64,000 nucleotides of DNA, from NCBI GenBank assembly GCA_964410465.1, contig CAYPGJ010000005.1:17275-81274 (forward strand), read 5' to 3'. This document shows positions 1 to 8,188 of the stretch, one piece after another. Each line of letters starts with the position of its first letter. Position 1 is the stretch's first letter. Origin of the DNA: an uncultured Phycisphaeraceae bacterium. Its GTDB lineage: Bacteria; Planctomycetota; Phycisphaerae; Phycisphaerales; UBA1924. The position numbers and the translations under genes were made by a program. Below the pieces are notes generated by a model. It had not been told where the DNA came from. It did not search any database and saw only the letters and a list, made by a program, of their open reading frames with translations.

Positions 1-428
1 GCGGCGGGGAAGGAGAGGGAGGAGATGGAGACACCGGCGAAGTGCTCGGCGGAGAGGTCGCGCGCGAGCGGCGAGTCGGTGTCGGGGTCGAGGACTGCGG
101 ATGCGGAGCCGCGTCCTGGGTTGTCGGGGTCTTCTGCGAGGATGGCCCAGCCGTCGGGCATGGAGAAGTCGATCCAGGTGGAGGCGGAGGTGGAGAGGGC
201 CCGTTCGCGCGCGTAGAGGAGGTCGTTGACGAGCGTGTTGGCGGCGATGTTGGCGCGGGTGGAGGAGGCTCTCGAGATGGCGGGGACGGCGAGCGCGGCG
301 AGGACCGCGAGGACGACGGTGACGGCGATGAGCTCGACGAGGGTGTAGGCGCGCGCACGACGACCAGCGCGAGAGTGTCGCGCTGGCGTCGCACGGCGGA
401 TCGCCTGATGTCGGAACGGGACGCGCAT
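1..428 (-). CDS. Minor pseudopilin, GspH/FimT-like (partial, runs off left edge of window)
   Basis: Not in the ORF track because there is no stop in the window. My translation from ATG at 428-426 gives MRVPFRHQ...RARAYTLVELIAVTVVLAVLAALAVPAISRASSTRANIAANTLVNDLLYARERALS. This has a prepilin-type N-terminal methylation motif with Glu at +5 and a hydrophobic helix, followed by a GspH/FimT-like segment. It lies directly downstream of the pilin/gspF/gspE genes. Confidence 0.6.
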   Translation of the reverse strand, partial: MRVPFRHQAIRRATPARHSRAGRRARAYTLVELIAVTVVLAVLAALAVPAISRASSTRANIAANTLVNDLLYARERALSTSASTWIDFSMPDGWAILAEDPDNPGRGSASAVLDPDTDSPLARDLSAEHFAGVSISSLSFPA

Positions 429-451
429 GCACGTCGTCCTCGGTGAGTGGT

Positions 452-928
452 TCAGAGTTCGTTGGCCTTGAGGATGGTTCCGGTGCGGTCCTTGACGGTG
501 GTGTCGACGTTGGAGTTGGCCCAGATGATGGCGATGGGCGGGTTGGCGGCGTTGTCGAAGTAGTAGTTCCAGCCGAAGTTGTTGGCGTTGCGGACGACGC
601 GGGCGTCGGCGTCGGCCTTGGAGTTGATGCGGCGGACGTTGTTCATGTTGTTGAAGGGGTTGTTGGGGACGGCCTCCTGCATGACGCCGCCGAGTGTGTT
701 CCAGTCGTTCATGACGGGGTAGGCGGGCGTTCCGGCGGTGGTGGCGTTGGCGTAGAAGTTGGAGATGGCGGAGCGGAGGCCGCCGAGCGAGCCCTGGAGG
801 GCCGCGGTCTTGGCCTTGTCGGCGTAGTTGAAGTACTTGGGAATGGCGACGCCGGCAAGGACGGCGAGGACGACCATCACGGCCACGAGTTCGACGAGAG
901 TGAATGCGGATCGACGAGTGCGGGTCAT
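452..928 (-). CDS. Type II secretion major pseudopilin / type IV pilin-like protein (GspG-like)
   Basis: Only the C-terminal 158 aa of listed ORF 452..2845 are credible. The sequence MTRTRRSAFTLVELVAVMVVLAVLAGVAIPKY carries the prepilin methylation motif. ATG confirmed at 928-926 and TGA at 454-452. Confidence 0.75.
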   Translation of the reverse strand: MTRTRRSAFTLVELVAVMVVLAVLAGVAIPKYFNYADKAKTAALQGSLGGLRSAISNFYANATTAGTPAYPVMNDWNTLGGVMQEAVPNNPFNNMNNVRRINSKADADARVVRNANNFGWNYYFDNAANPPIAIIWANSNVDTTVKDRTGTILKANEL

Positions 929-987
929 GCTGCGATTCTCCTGGTGAAGTGACTCCCCCGAATGTCGGCGCCGGGGTGGGTGGGCGT

Positions 988-2199
988 TCAGCCCATGAGC
1001 GCGACCATGTCCCACATCGGTAGGAAGATGGCGAGCGCAACGATCATGACGACGGTGGTGAGAACGGCGATGAGGAGCGGTTCGATAACGGTGGCGGAGT
1101 TCTTGATGAGTCGTGAGGCGTCGCGCTCGTACTGGCGCGCGACGATGTCGCACATGCGCGGGAGTTCGGCGCTCTCCTCGCCGGCGGCGAGCATGCGTCG
1201 CGCGAAGGAGGGGATGTAGGGGCACGCGCGCAGAACGTCCGAGAGCCTTCCTCCGTTCCGGACCTGATCGATCATGGAGGCGGCGTCGAGGCGCAGGAGC
1301 GGGCGGGCCGCGGCGCGCGAGGACATGTCGATGGACTCGATGAGCCCGAGGCCTGAGGAGAGGGAGATGCCCAGGACGCGGGCAAAGCGTGAGACGGCGA
1401 GCGCGGTGAGGACTCGGGAGAGGTACGGGACGCGGTGAAGGAAGCGGTCGATGGCGATGGAGGCCTCCTGGGAGCGCTTTGCGCGCCGGAGGGCGAAGAC
1501 CAGCCCCGAGGCGGCGAGCGCATAGGCCCACCAGTAGGAGCGGAGCGAGAGCCCGAAGGCCTGCAGGGCGCGGGTGAGGAAGGGGAGGTCCATCCCTCGG
1601 GCCTCGAACATGGACGCGAACTTGGGCACGACGACGGCGATGAGAAAGAGCGTGGCGGAGGAGAGCGCGATGAGCACGATGACGGGGTAGGTGAGGGCCT
1701 GCTTGACCTGATGGCGCGATTCCTGCTGCTGCTCGAGCATCTCCGCGAGGTGCTCGAGGACCTTGATGATGTTGCCGGATGCCTCGGCGGCGCGGACGGA
1801 CTCGACGACGATGCGGGAGAAGATCGCCGGGTGATGGGAGAGGGCGGCTGTGAAGGTGGCGCCGGCCTGCATGCGGGAGGCGACGTCGAGGAGGGCCGCG
1901 CGGAGGCGTGGGTTGGACTCCTGCTCCGCGATGGAGCGGACGCCCTCGGGCAGCGCGATGCGGGCCTGAAGGAGGACGGAGAGCTGGTGGATGATCTGCG
2001 CGACGTCGCGCGGCGCGACGGACCGGGGCTTGAAGATCGCGAGGGCCTTGCGCTCGCGCACCGGCTTGAGGTTGAGGGGCGTGGCTCCGGTGGCGGCGAG
2101 CTTGCGGAGGGCTTCGGCGCGCGAGGCGGCGCTGAGCACGCCGGTGTGCTTCGCGCCTGCGCGGTCGAGGGTGGTGTACTGGTAGGTGAGGGTGCTCAT
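988..2199 (-). CDS. gspF: Type II secretion / type IV pilus platform protein, GspF/PilC family
   Basis: 403 aa with a duplicated T2SS-F type architecture and three TM segments. The start overlaps the gspE stop by 4 nt. Confidence 0.85.
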   Translation of the reverse strand: MSTLTYQYTTLDRAGAKHTGVLSAASRAEALRKLAATGATPLNLKPVRERKALAIFKPRSVAPRDVAQIIHQLSVLLQARIALPEGVRSIAEQESNPRLRAALLDVASRMQAGATFTAALSHHPAIFSRIVVESVRAAEASGNIIKVLEHLAEMLEQQQESRHQVKQALTYPVIVLIALSSATLFLIAVVVPKFASMFEARGMDLPFLTRALQAFGLSLRSYWWAYALAASGLVFALRRAKRSQEASIAIDRFLHRVPYLSRVLTALAVSRFARVLGISLSSGLGLIESIDMSSRAAARPLLRLDAASMIDQVRNGGRLSDVLRACPYIPSFARRMLAAGEESAELPRMCDIVARQYERDASRLIKNSATVIEPLLIAVLTTVVMIVALAIFLPMWDMVALMG

Positions 2200-3878
2200 G
2201 CCGCGGTTTTCCGAGCGATCTCGTGGTCATGGGCGGCGAAGGAGAGCACCTCGCCGATCTCTTCGAGCGTGGTGAGCCCCTGTCGGGCCTTGTCGACGCC
2301 GTCGTGGGCCATGGGGAGGAATCCACCTGCGCGCGCGGCATCGGCGATGGCGTCGGGCGATGGTGTTTGCGCGATCGCGCGCTGGACGGCCGGAGTGATG
2401 GAGAGGAGTTCGTAGACGCCGACGCGCCCGCGGTACCCGGTGTTGTTGCACTGGGGGCAGCCGGCGCCGCGGACGAAGGACTGTGCCTCGCGCGGGTCGA
2501 TGCCGGCGAGTCGGAGCGTGTCGGGGTTGGGCTTGTCGGGCTGGACGCAGTGGCGACAGACGCGGCGGACGAGTCGCTGCGCGAGCACGGCGAGGAGCGA
2601 GGAGTTGATGGCAAAGGAGGGCACGTTGAAGTCCCGAAGACGTGGCACGGCGCCCGGAGCGTCGTTGGTGTGGAGCGTCGAGAGCACGAGGTGCCCGGTG
2701 AGGGAGGCCTGCACGGCGATCTGCGCGGTCTCCTCGTCGCGGATCTCGCCCAGGAGCACGACGTCGGGGTCCTGCCGGAGGATGGAGCGGAGCGCGGCGG
2801 CGAAGGTGAGTCCGACGCCGGGGTTGACCTGCGTCTGGCGGACAAGTGGCAAGCGGATCTCGACGGGGTCCTCGATGGTCATGATGTTGCGGTCGGGCGT
2901 GTTGATCTCGTTGAGCGCGGTGTAGAGTGTGGTGGTCTTCCCGGAGCCGGTGGGCCCGGTGACGAGGATCATGCCGTGGGGCCGGTGGATGGCGGCCTGG
3001 AGTGCGCGCTGCATGTCGGCGTGCATGCCGAGGTCGTCGAAGCCCTGGATGGCGGCGTGCGGCCGGAGGAGGCGCATCACGACGTTCTCGCCGCAGACGG
3101 TGGGGATCGTGGAGAGGCGGACGTCGATGTGCGACTTTCGGTGCGTGAAGCGGAACTTCCCGTCCTGCGGCTTGCGCGTCTGGGTGAGGTCAAGCGCGGC
3201 GAGCACCTTGAGTCGCTGGACGAGGCCTGCGTGCGCGGCGAGCGGGGGGCCCTGCTTCACGACGAGGGAGCCGTCGATGCGGTATCGGAGATGGAGGGCG
3301 CGCTCGTCGGGGTTGATGTGGATGTCGGAGGCGTTCTCGTCGACGGCGTTGGCGATGATCTGGTTCACGGCGGCGACGATGGGCTCGTCGCCGGTGGTGA
3401 GGTCGGCGGAGATGGCGGCGTCGGAACTCGGGGCGTGTGAGGAGGAGAGGGAGTAGGCGCGGGTGATGAGATCGCGGAGGGGGGCGGGATCGGCCAGGAC
3501 GATCTCGACGTCGGTCTTGAGGGCCTGCCGGACCTGATCGACGGCGCGGAAATCGAGCGGGTCTGCGAGGGCGACGGTGGCGACATTGTCGAGGAAGAAG
3601 ATGGGGAAGGCGGTGAGCGACTCGGAGAGCGCGCGGGGGAGGAGTTCGGCGTTGCGGATGGAGATGTCGAAGGCCTCGAGATCGACGTAGGGGCACTCGG
3701 AGATGGCGGCTCGCGCGATGGAGAGGGAGCGGGGCTGGATGAGGTTCAGCGCCACGAGTGCGTCGGGCAGGGCGAGGGCGTTCTCAGCGGCGTGTGCGCG
3801 GGCCGTCTCGACGCCCTCCTGCGTGAGGAGGCGCTGCTCGATCAGGGCGCGGATGAGAATGGATGTTGCGTCAAGCAT
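2196..3878 (-). CDS. gspE: Type II secretion / type IV pilus assembly ATPase, GspE/PilB family
   Basis: 560 aa with Walker A GPTGSGKTTT, an LRQDPDV-type Asp box, a C-terminal CxxC...CxxC zinc cluster (CRHC...CPQC) and an N-terminal T2SSE_N-like domain. Confidence 0.9.
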   Translation of the reverse strand: MLDATSILIRALIEQRLLTQEGVETARAHAAENALALPDALVALNLIQPRSLSIARAAISECPYVDLEAFDISIRNAELLPRALSESLTAFPIFFLDNVATVALADPLDFRAVDQVRQALKTDVEIVLADPAPLRDLITRAYSLSSSHAPSSDAAISADLTTGDEPIVAAVNQIIANAVDENASDIHINPDERALHLRYRIDGSLVVKQGPPLAAHAGLVQRLKVLAALDLTQTRKPQDGKFRFTHRKSHIDVRLSTIPTVCGENVVMRLLRPHAAIQGFDDLGMHADMQRALQAAIHRPHGMILVTGPTGSGKTTTLYTALNEINTPDRNIMTIEDPVEIRLPLVRQTQVNPGVGLTFAAALRSILRQDPDVVLLGEIRDEETAQIAVQASLTGHLVLSTLHTNDAPGAVPRLRDFNVPSFAINSSLLAVLAQRLVRRVCRHCVQPDKPNPDTLRLAGIDPREAQSFVRGAGCPQCNNTGYRGRVGVYELLSITPAVQRAIAQTPSPDAIADAARAGGFLPMAHDGVDKARQGLTTLEEIGEVLSFAAHDHEIARKTAA

Positions 3879-4398
3879 CGGATTGGGGGCCGTCGGTGAG
3901 CGCGCTCAGAAACCGCTCGAACTCCGCCTGTGCCTCGGGCGAGCGGTCCGTGAAGACGGCGCCGAGGAGGTAGCCGGGGCGGCGGTCGGTCATCGAGACG
4001 CGCTGGAGGAGGAGTGAGGCCTCGAGCAGCGGCGGGGCGTTGGGGTCGATGGGTGAGAGGACTCGGACTTCGAGGCGTGCGCCCTTGGGAAGGAACGTGG
4101 TGGTGATGAATCCCAGTCCGCCAGGCGAGGCGTCGACGAGGTAGGCGTCGAGCGCGCCGTCCCTGAGTGCGGCGCGACCGGTGAATCGGATCTGCTCGGC
4201 GTGGGGCTTGCCGATGGAGATGGAAGCCGGGAGCGCGACGTCGTGTCGCGTGTGCTTGCGGACGATGAGCGATTGCGAATCCTGCACGTCTGGCGCTCCA
4301 TGAATGAGGCCGCGCCGCGTCGGGGCGATGCGCCGTGGGGGAGCATCGGGCGAGCGCACGCGGACGTTCAGGCGCACAGAGGGCGCAGACGGATTCAC
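3871..4398 (-). CDS. PilZ domain protein (putative c-di-GMP receptor)
   Basis: An RxxxR motif (RKHTR) is followed ~40 aa later by D-x-S-x-x-G (DASPGGLG). The stop overlaps the gspE start by 8 nt. Confidence 0.6.
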   Translation of the reverse strand: MNPSAPSVRLNVRVRSPDAPPRRIAPTRRGLIHGAPDVQDSQSLIVRKHTRHDVALPASISIGKPHAEQIRFTGRAALRDGALDAYLVDASPGGLGFITTTFLPKGARLEVRVLSPIDPNAPPLLEASLLLQRVSMTDRRPGYLLGAVFTDRSPEAQAEFERFLSALTDGPQSDA

Positions 4399-4447
4399 CG
4401 CGCGGATATGAGGATCGGGCGGCTGAGGGTCCGAGAAGCGCGCCGGC

Positions 4448-5110
4448 TCAGACGGGCATGGGCACGGGAGCGCGGTCGGTGATGAGCTCGGCCTCGGTGA
4501 CCTTCTTCACGTCATCGACGGAAACGCCGGGCGCGAGCTCGGTGAGTCGGAAGCGGCGCTTCTCGGCGTCGAGCTCGAGGGTGCAAAGATCGGTGATGAT
4601 CATGTGGACGCAGCGCAGTCCGGTGAGGGGGAGGGTGCACTGCCTGAGGATCTTGGGTCGATCGCCCTTGGCGGTGTGCTCCATGGCGACGATGACGCGT
4701 TTGACGCCGGCGACGAGGTCCATGGCGCCGCCCATGCCCTTGACCATCTTGCCGGGGATCATCCAGTTGGCGAGGTCCCCTTCCTGGGAGACCTGCATCG
4801 CGCCGAGGATGGCCATGTCGATGTGTCCGCCGCGGATCATCTCGAAGGATTGAGAGGAGGAGAAGAAGGAGGCGCCCTTGACGGCGGTGATGGTTTGTTT
4901 GCCGGCGTTGATGAGGTCTGCGTCGACGTGCGTTTCGGTGGGGAAGGGGCCGATGCCGAGAAGGCCGTTCTCGGATTGGAGCCAGACCTCCATGCCGTCG
5001 GGAATGTAGTTGGCGATGAGGGTGGGAAGGCCGATGCCGAGGTTGACGACGAAGCCGTCGCGGAGTTCACGAGCGGCGCGCTGGGCGATCTGTTCGCGTG
5101 TGAGGGGCAT
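4448..5110 (-). CDS. scoB: 3-oxoacid CoA-transferase subunit B
   Basis: 220 aa. VNLGIGLP...SENGLLGIG is typical of family I CoA-transferase beta subunits. Confidence 0.9.
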   Translation of the reverse strand: MPLTREQIAQRAARELRDGFVVNLGIGLPTLIANYIPDGMEVWLQSENGLLGIGPFPTETHVDADLINAGKQTITAVKGASFFSSSQSFEMIRGGHIDMAILGAMQVSQEGDLANWMIPGKMVKGMGGAMDLVAGVKRVIVAMEHTAKGDRPKILRQCTLPLTGLRCVHMIITDLCTLELDAEKRRFRLTELAPGVSVDDVKKVTEAELITDRAPVPMPV

Positions 5111-5165
5111 GGGAGTGAGTGTAGCGAGGGGTGGTGGCGCGGCGCGTGCGTGACGCTCGGAGGGG

Positions 5166-6344
5166 TCAGCCCGAGTAGGTGATGGCGGTTTTCACGGCGA
5201 TGGCGATGAGCGCGAGGGCGTTGCCCGCCCAGACCGCGAGTTGGCCGACGCCCGTTCGTTTGACGAGCCCGGACATCTGGTGCGTGCGGAGGGCCTCAAC
5301 GGCCCCGTCGAGATCGTCCGGGCTGACGCCGCAGTCGGGTACGGCGCAGCATTGCTCGATCTTTCCCGAGAGATCGGTGACGAGGAGGTGCCAGCGCCAG
5401 ACGGAGGGGCCCAGGACAAAGAAGGTCGCGGCGCAGAGCGTGTAGGCGAAGATGGCCCACATGATGGCGAGGGCAGCGAGCGTTCGGTAGCCGAGAAAAG
5501 ATTCGTAGAAGGCAACGGCGACGATGGCGGAGACGGCGAGCGTCCATCGAGCGATGCTGGGGATGAGGAGCCCGGTGACGCGTCCGGCCTGGCCGGCGAC
5601 CTGGAGGAGTGAGGAGCAGCTCTGCCCGGCGTCCTGGACGTGGCGCGCGAAGTCGGCGCGGACCTGCTCGATCTCCTGCATGGAAGAGCGTGCGGCGTAG
5701 AAGACGACAACGAACATCGGCGGAAAGAGGAGCCCGAAATTTGAGATCGAGTACGGGAGGTAAGCGAGATAGGGCCGCTCGTACATCTGCCAGAACTCGG
5801 CGGCGCCCGGCGTGGTTGAGCGAGCCACGGCGTCGGGGTCAGCGAACATCTGGGCCCAGTGCGCGCCTCCGACGCTCCACCAGGGCTCCAATCCGGAGAG
5901 CGTCTTCCAGTACTTCGGATTGCGCGCAAGCTCCGCCGGGGCGAGTCCGACGTGGTAGTAGATGACGAAGCCAAGGACGAGCGCGGTGAACGCCACGAGG
6001 ATGATTCGGTAGGGCCACGCACGGCGCGCGTCACGCGATCGGAACGAGAGCATTTCGGCGACCCGACCGGGATAGGCGCCTGCGAGGATGAGATAGACGG
6101 CGAAGAGCAGGAGGATCGTGCGCCCGCCCTCGATGAATGCGCCGAGGAACCTGGGGGGCGGCGGCTTTTCGCCCTTCGCGATCGATTCCGGGAGCGTCCC
6201 CGAAAAGCCGCAGCCGAAGTCGGCCCACCACGCGGGGCTGCCGTAGATGTAGTACGCGAGCGCGAGCGAGCCGATCGCTACGGCGGCGACTGCGATGCAA
6301 TATGCCCGGAGGAGAAACACCGCGCGTTCGGATGTCATATTCAT
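5166..6344 (-). CDS. Polytopic membrane protein of unknown function
   Basis: 392 aa with multiple long hydrophobic segments and host-like codon bias. It lies between scoB and scoA. Confidence 0.6.
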   Translation of the reverse strand: MNMTSERAVFLLRAYCIAVAAVAIGSLALAYYIYGSPAWWADFGCGFSGTLPESIAKGEKPPPPRFLGAFIEGGRTILLLFAVYLILAGAYPGRVAEMLSFRSRDARRAWPYRIILVAFTALVLGFVIYYHVGLAPAELARNPKYWKTLSGLEPWWSVGGAHWAQMFADPDAVARSTTPGAAEFWQMYERPYLAYLPYSISNFGLLFPPMFVVVFYAARSSMQEIEQVRADFARHVQDAGQSCSSLLQVAGQAGRVTGLLIPSIARWTLAVSAIVAVAFYESFLGYRTLAALAIMWAIFAYTLCAATFFVLGPSVWRWHLLVTDLSGKIEQCCAVPDCGVSPDDLDGAVEALRTHQMSGLVKRTGVGQLAVWAGNALALIAIAVKTAITYSG

Positions 6345-6418
6345 GTCGCGCCTGAGCTACGAACACATACCGTCCGTTGTTACGCGCCGCGCAGTATACA
6401 GACGGCCGCGTGTGAGGG

Positions 6419-7132
6419 TCAATGCGGACGGACAGTGCGCTGCTCGATGCGCTTCTCGCTCTTGGTGAGGACGATGGCGTCGACGTAGGCGCCGGGGGTG
6501 ACGATGGCCTCGGGGTCGAGGGCGCCGGTGTCGACGATTTCCTCGACCTCTGCGATGGTGATGGTTCCGGCCTGGGCCATCATGGGGTTGAAGTTTCGCG
6601 CGGTTTTTCGGTAGACGAGGTTGCCGAATCGGTCGGCCTTCCACGCCTTGACGAGCGAGACGTCGGCGCGGAGCCAGGTCTCCATGACATAGGCGCGCCC
6701 GTGGAAATCGCGGGTTTCCTTGCCGTCGGCGACGATGGTGCCGACGCCTGCCGGGGTGAAGAAGGCGGGGATGCCGGCGCCGCCGGCGCGGATGCGCTCG
6801 GCGAGGGTGCCCTGCGGGTTGAACTCGATCTCGAGCTCCTTGGCGAGGAACTGGCGCTCGAACTCGGCGTTTTCCCCGACATACGACGAGACCATCTTGC
6901 TGATCTGTCGGGTCTTGAGGAGGAGGCCGAGGCCCCAGTCATCGACGCCGGCGTTGTTGGAGATGGCGGTGATGTTCTTCATGCCGGAATCACGGAGGGC
7001 GATGATGAGCTGCTCGGGGATGCCGCAGAGGCCGAAGCCGCCCGCCATGACGGTGAGGCCGTCTTTGAGGACGCCGCGTTCGCGGAGGAGGTCCATGGCG
7101 GCTTTGGGAGAGGGGAGGACTTTGTTGGCCAT
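6419..7132 (-). CDS. scoA: 3-oxoacid CoA-transferase subunit A
   Basis: 237 aa. [11 protein letters not shown] and YVGEN are typical of the alpha subunit. Confidence 0.9.
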   Translation of the reverse strand: MANKVLPSPKAAMDLLRERGVLKDGLTVMAGGFGLCGIPEQLIIALRDSGMKNITAISNNAGVDDWGLGLLLKTRQISKMVSSYVGENAEFERQFLAKELEIEFNPQGTLAERIRAGGAGIPAFFTPAGVGTIVADGKETRDFHGRAYVMETWLRADVSLVKAWKADRFGNLVYRKTARNFNPMMAQAGTITIAEVEEIVDTGALDPEAIVTPGAYVDAIVLTKSEKRIEQRTVRPH

Positions 7133-7201
7133 GAAGGGAGGATATCGCGCCCCCGGAGGGTGGTGCAGCCCGTTGGGAACGGTGGCCGAGTGGCGCGTCG
7201 A

Positions 7202-8155
7202 TCAGAAGATAAGGCCGCTCGCAGAGCCGGAGGCGGATGAGTCCTTCGCCTGTTCGCCCTTTCGCGACCCGATGACTCGGGCCCATGCGGCCGTGAATTC
7301 GGCGCCGAAGAGGAAGATGAGGGCGGAGTAGTAGACCCAGAGCAGGATGATGATGACGGAGCCCGCGGCGCCGTAGACGGAGGCGACGGTGGATCGGGCC
7401 ATGTAGAGGCCGACGAGGGTCTTGCCCAGGTAGAGGAAGAGGGTCGTGGCGAGCGCGCCGGCGCGGACGTCGCGCCAGGCGATGCTCACTTCGGGGAGGA
7501 ACTTGTAGATGGCGGCGAAGAGGGCGGAGATGACGAGGGTGGAGACGACGAAGTTGGCCAGAGAGATGAGTTCGGGCGGGATGGGGAGCTGATCGCCCAG
7601 CCAGGCCGCGGCGCCCGAAACGATGGCGCTCAGGACGAGCGACACGAAGAGCATGAATGCGATGGTGAGGATCATCGCGAGAGAGACGAGTCGGGTCTTG
7701 AGGAAGCGGAGGACGACGCGCCATGAGAGGGGCGGGGGCTTGGGGGCGTCCCAGATGACGTTGAGGGAGTTTCGGAGCTGGATGAAGACGGCGGTGGCGC
7801 CGAAGAGCAGCGTGGCAAGGCCGATGATGGTCGGGACGAGACCGGACCAGTTGGGGTCGACGCGGTCCATCATGGCCTGGATCTGCTGGGCGCCCTCGGC
7901 GCCGACGAGCTTCTCGAACTGGAGGATGATCTCGTGCCGGACCTGGTCACGTTGGCGGAAGATCTTGTCGGCCACGGCGACAACGATGAGGAGCGTGGGG
8001 GCGAGGGAAAAGATGGTGTAGAACGCGATTGCGGCGGCGAGCTGTGGGACGCGGTGGCGCGCGAATCCTGCGAGGGACTGCTTGAATACGGTGGCGATCT
8101 CGTCGGCGCGCATGCGGGGCCGATTGTAGGGGGCCGGAGAATCGCGTCCGTTCAC
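7202..8155 (-). CDS. YihY/BrkB (virulence factor BrkB) family membrane protein
   Basis: 317 aa with the AAAIAFYTIFSLAPTLL signature and six TM segments. Confidence 0.8.
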   Translation of the reverse strand: MNGRDSPAPYNRPRMRADEIATVFKQSLAGFARHRVPQLAAAIAFYTIFSLAPTLLIVVAVADKIFRQRDQVRHEIILQFEKLVGAEGAQQIQAMMDRVDPNWSGLVPTIIGLATLLFGATAVFIQLRNSLNVIWDAPKPPPLSWRVVLRFLKTRLVSLAMILTIAFMLFVSLVLSAIVSGAAAWLGDQLPIPPELISLANFVVSTLVISALFAAIYKFLPEVSIAWRDVRAGALATTLFLYLGKTLVGLYMARSTVASVYGAAGSVIIILLWVYYSALIFLFGAEFTAAWARVIGSRKGEQAKDSSASGSASGLIF

Positions 8156-8188
8156 CGGTGAGGCCTGCGTGTCTCTAGAATCGCGCCC

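Noticed and set aside
452-2845. Very long ORFs on the opposite strand or in an alternate frame of real genes. Examples: 452..2845(-), 8281..10794(+), 9629..10885(-), 10910..11932(-), 16645..18021(-), 18961..20112(-), 20521..21957(-), 21683..23620(-), 24276..26324(+), 26421..27827(+), 27631..29151(+), 32155..33810(-), 37288..39747(-), 40267..41985(-), 43480..45171(-), 45179..47545(-), 48213..49736(+), 58255..60219(-), 62235..63599(-).
   Set aside because: Their translations are dominated by Arg/Pro/Gly/Ala/His runs with no motifs. They overlap genes that have clear family signatures in another frame. This is the expected shadow-ORF behaviour of ~70% G+C DNA. Where a sub-segment is real (452..928, 39042..39644), only that part was called.
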